A stretch of 64,000 nucleotides of DNA from Obrimoposthia wandeli (taxonomy: Eukaryota), in NCBI GenBank assembly GCA_977020255.1, contig CDROCS010005962.1:62001-126000 (forward strand), written 5' to 3'. The position numbers and the translations under genes are program-made. Positions 61,191 to 64,000 of this stretch are shown here, one piece after another (within the stretch, counting starts at the first letter, position 1; every line of letters starts with the position of its first letter). The notes below the pieces were generated by a model that was not told the origin of the DNA, did not search any database, and was given only the letters and a program-made list of their open reading frames with translations.

Positions 61191-62687
61191 GTGCAAGAAT
61201 TTGTAAATACATTGAATAATATTATCTGGAGTCCAGCATTGATTTATCTTTGCTTAGGTACTGGATTATTTTTCTCTATTATTACCCGATTTGTTCAAGT
61301 TAGACACTTTCGAGAAATGTGGCGACTGCTACTCTCAGGGAAAAGTTCAGAAAAGGGTATTTCATCATTCCAAGCGCTAGCGGTTTCGTTATCAGGCAGA
61401 GTGGGTACTGGTAATATTGCTGGTGTCGCTGCTGCTATTGGTTTTGGTGGTCCTGGTGCGGTATTTTGGATGTGGGTTGTTGCATTTTTTGGTGCCGCAA
61501 CCGCTTATATCGAATCGACTAATGCGCAAATCTATAAAGAAGAGCAAGACGGTTTATACCGAGGTGGTCCAGCTTATTACATAGAAAAAGCCATGGGACA
61601 AAAATGGTATGCTTGGATATTTGCTATTGCGACGATTATAGCTTGTGGTGCGTTATTACCTACCGTGCAATCTAATAGTATTGGCGAAGCCGTGACCATG
61701 GTTTTTGGTACTGGCAATATTGTTGATACAGCGCTTGGCCCTATTGGTATGACGAAACTCTACACCGCGGTATTTATTGTACTCATTTTAGGTTTCATCA
61801 TTTTTGGTGGTGTTAAGCGTATTGCTAACTTTACCCAAGTTGTTGTTCCTTTTATGGCGCTTGCTTACATTATTATCGCTTGTGTGATGATATTTTTACA
61901 TATTGACCGTCTACCTGATGTGTTTATGTTAATCATTAGTGATGCCTTTACGCCTATGGCAGGTGTTGGTGCAGCGATTGGTTGGGGTGTTAAACGTGGT
62001 GTTTACTCTAATGAAGCGGGTCAAGGTACCGGACCACATGCAGCGGCTGCTGCAGAAGTTGATCATCCAGCGCAACAAGGGTTAGTACAAGCGTTTTCGG
62101 TTTACATTGATACGCTATTTGTCTGTACGGCCACGGCGTTTATGATCTTAATTACTCAGTCATATAACGTTCAATTGCAAGGCTCTGGTAGTTTTATCGT
62201 ACAAAACATCGCCGGTGATATCGCTGCTAATAGCCCTGCGTATACGCAGATAGCTGTTGAGAGTATGCTAACGGGATTTGGTAAGCCATTTATCGCTATA
62301 GCATTGTTTTTCTTTGCTTTTACGACAATATTGGCTTATTACTTTATTGCGGAAAATAACGTTTTATACATAAAACGTACCTTTAACTTCCCCGCATTAA
62401 CGTTTTTATTAAAAATGTTAATTATGACCGCTACTTTTTACGGCACGGTAAAAGCCGCTGATATAGCGTGGGGCATGGGTGATGTGGGTGTTGGTATGAT
62501 GGCTTGGTTAAATATCATTGGCATTATTATCATTTTCTTTATGGCAAAACCTGCTGTTAAAGCATTAAAAGATTATGAAAGACAGCAAAAAGAAGGTGTA
62601 GAAAATTACACTTTTGATCCTAAAAGTCTTGAAATTGAAAATGCTGACTTCTGGGAAAAGCGTTTAGAAGAAAATAATAACAAATAA
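61191..62687 (+). CDS. Alanine/glycine:cation symporter (AGCS)
   Basis: RVGTGNIAGVA, GPGAVFWMW, GGPAYY, SNEAGQG motifs. Confidence 0.94.
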   Translation: MQEFVNTLNNIIWSPALIYLCLGTGLFFSIITRFVQVRHFREMWRLLLSGKSSEKGISSFQALAVSLSGRVGTGNIAGVAAAIGFGGPGAVFWMWVVAFFGAATAYIESTNAQIYKEEQDGLYRGGPAYYIEKAMGQKWYAWIFAIATIIACGALLPTVQSNSIGEAVTMVFGTGNIVDTALGPIGMTKLYTAVFIVLILGFIIFGGVKRIANFTQVVVPFMALAYIIIACVMIFLHIDRLPDVFMLIISDAFTPMAGVGAAIGWGVKRGVYSNEAGQGTGPHAAAAAEVDHPAQQGLVQAFSVYIDTLFVCTATAFMILITQSYNVQLQGSGSFIVQNIAGDIAANSPAYTQIAVESMLTGFGKPFIAIALFFFAFTTILAYYFIAENNVLYIKRTFNFPALTFLLKMLIMTATFYGTVKAADIAWGMGDVGVGMMAWLNIIGIIIIFFMAKPAVKALKDYERQQKEGVENYTFDPKSLEIENADFWEKRLEENNNK

Positions 62688-62702
62688 ATGTTATTTACCG
62701 TA

Positions 62703-62731
62703 AAAAAACGCCCGCAAGGGCGTTTTTTTTA
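62703..62731 (+). terminator. Intrinsic terminator
   Basis: AAAAAACGCCC-GCAA-GGGCGTTTTTTT. Confidence 0.88.
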
Positions 62732-62764
62732 GGTAAAATAAAGCATCGAAAAAGAGGTAGTCAT

Positions 62765-63094
62765 ATGGCCGTTATAAATTGTCCCAGTTGTAAGAAGAAA
62801 ATTTCCGATAAAGCAAAATCTTGTCAGCACTGTCAGCTAGACCTAACCGCATTAGACGCTGATAAAATTGACAGCATCAAACGTGTTAGCGCTGTAGCAA
62901 AATCACAACAATTGATGAATCATTCCTTTATCGCCATGCTGCTATTTTGTGGTGGCTTTTTGTTTCTTTATTCTCAAAATGCTCAACCGGGCACATGGCA
63001 ATATGTTGTTGCTATCACCAGTACTATTTTGGGCTTTATCTTATACCTAGTTACGCGCGTTAGACTGCTATTAACAAAACGTAATCGCAAATAA
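62765..63094 (+). CDS. Zinc-ribbon membrane protein, hypothetical
   Basis: CPSC...CQHC at the N-terminus, two TM helices; GAGG RBS. Confidence 0.75.
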   Translation: MAVINCPSCKKKISDKAKSCQHCQLDLTALDADKIDSIKRVSAVAKSQQLMNHSFIAMLLFCGGFLFLYSQNAQPGTWQYVVAITSTILGFILYLVTRVRLLLTKRNRK

Positions 63095-63118
63095 TTAAAT
63101 TACTTAAAAGAGATTTTC

Positions 63119-63403
63119 ATGGATATCATTGAATTAGTCGACACTATGTCAGAAGAAATGTATTTACGTTTGAAATGCGCTGCCGAAACCGGCAAGTGGC
63201 CAGAAGGTACGGCTGTTGATAAAGAACAGCAACTGAGTGCGTTGCAAATAACCATGGCTTATCAATCTAAACATTTAAACTCAGATCAAACACTTTCTAT
63301 TGGCCCTAAGGGTGAGATGATCATTAAAAGCAAAAGTGAACTACGTTCAGATTTTCCTACACCGAAAGATAGCAATGATATTGCTAGGTTCTCAAATCTA
63401 TGA
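63119..63403 (+). CDS. yeaC: YeaC/DUF1315 family protein
   Basis: MSEEMYLRLKCAAETGKWPEG pattern. Confidence 0.8.
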   Translation: MDIIELVDTMSEEMYLRLKCAAETGKWPEGTAVDKEQQLSALQITMAYQSKHLNSDQTLSIGPKGEMIIKSKSELRSDFPTPKDSNDIARFSNL

Positions 63404-64000
63404 TTTTCTCAAAATTTTTAAAAAAGAAATGGCAACATAAAGACAGTACTGTTCGTGTTGAAGCAATTAATAGTAGTTTATCGATAGAAGATACACAGCA
63501 ACGCGAAATTATCATGGCGTTAGCCAAAGATGACGAACACGAAAATGTTCGTCGTGCTGCGCTGATAAAACTTGCCGACTTTCAATCTTGGTTAACTCAC
63601 AGCCAAGAAAACACTATGCCTAAGGTTAAGCAATACGCAGAAAAAAAAGTAGCCTCAATTTTAACTGATCAAGATAACATTAAACTTTCTGAACAAGAGC
63701 AGCTTGCTTATATTGCTGCGCATAATGACACGAGTTTGTATGAGCATTGGTTAAAAGTAACAGACAACGCCAAACTGATTATTACCCTGTTTGAAAAAAT
63801 AGCGAATAAGAATGTAAGTCGAGACAATCAAACTAAGCCGGCATTAAAACCTCAATTATTGATCAGCCTGTTTGCTCAAAAACAAAATATAACAGTACAA
63901 CAATACATTGTTGAAAAAATTGCTGATATCGAGTCATTAGAAAAGTTAAAGAAAAAATCACAACATACAGAAATTACGCAACAACTCACAGAGAAAATTG
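63400..64000 (+). CDS. Probable DUF349-domain protein, 5' partial (runs off the window)
   Basis: ATG 63400 overlaps the yeaC stop; MIFSKFLKKKWQHKDSTVRVEAI...VRRAALIKL; frame open to the window end. Confidence 0.65.
   Translation, partial: MIFSKFLKKKWQHKDSTVRVEAINSSLSIEDTQQREIIMALAKDDEHENVRRAALIKLADFQSWLTHSQENTMPKVKQYAEKKVASILTDQDNIKLSEQEQLAYIAAHNDTSLYEHWLKVTDNAKLIITLFEKIANKNVSRDNQTKPALKPQLLISLFAQKQNITVQQYIVEKIADIESLEKLKKKSQHTEITQQLTEKI

Overview
AT-rich gammaproteobacterial chromosome segment. Gene content and repeat types suggest Colwelliaceae (Colwellia/Thalassotalea-like); this is an inference. From left to right: (1) the end of an integron-like region (cassette ORF plus degenerate attC site) followed by a parDE toxin-antitoxin pair; (2) a lipid/redox-detoxification cluster (crotonase, GST, BASS transporter, DUF2855, epoxide-hydrolase-like enzyme, nitroreductase, acyl-CoA dehydrogenase, glutathione peroxidase, MarR); (3) an MCP and several transporters; (4) tRNA-Ser(TGA) with degenerate copies of its 3' end, followed by a ~5.5 kb AT-rich island. 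The island carries a three-gene SIR2 / unknown / SMC-like ABC-ATPase operon with Lamassu/ABC-three-component-like architecture, unusual SIR2 features and several reading-frame lesions, plus a group II intron domain 5/6-like remnant and recurrent GACACCCA end motifs; (5) pfkA, pykA, hexR and the zwf-pgl-edd-glk-eda Entner-Doudoroff operon; (6) a PEP-CTERM gene; (7) a Lap-type locus (repeat adhesin, T1SS, OmpA, lapG, lapD) whose 312-bp repeat array looks badly assembled; (8) SulP, zapB-zapA-minCDE, a MITE-like repeat and housekeeping genes. No CRISPR array, rRNA, integrase or intact transposase was seen. The best candidate for a poorly described system is the SIR2 island at 21.7-26.8 kb.
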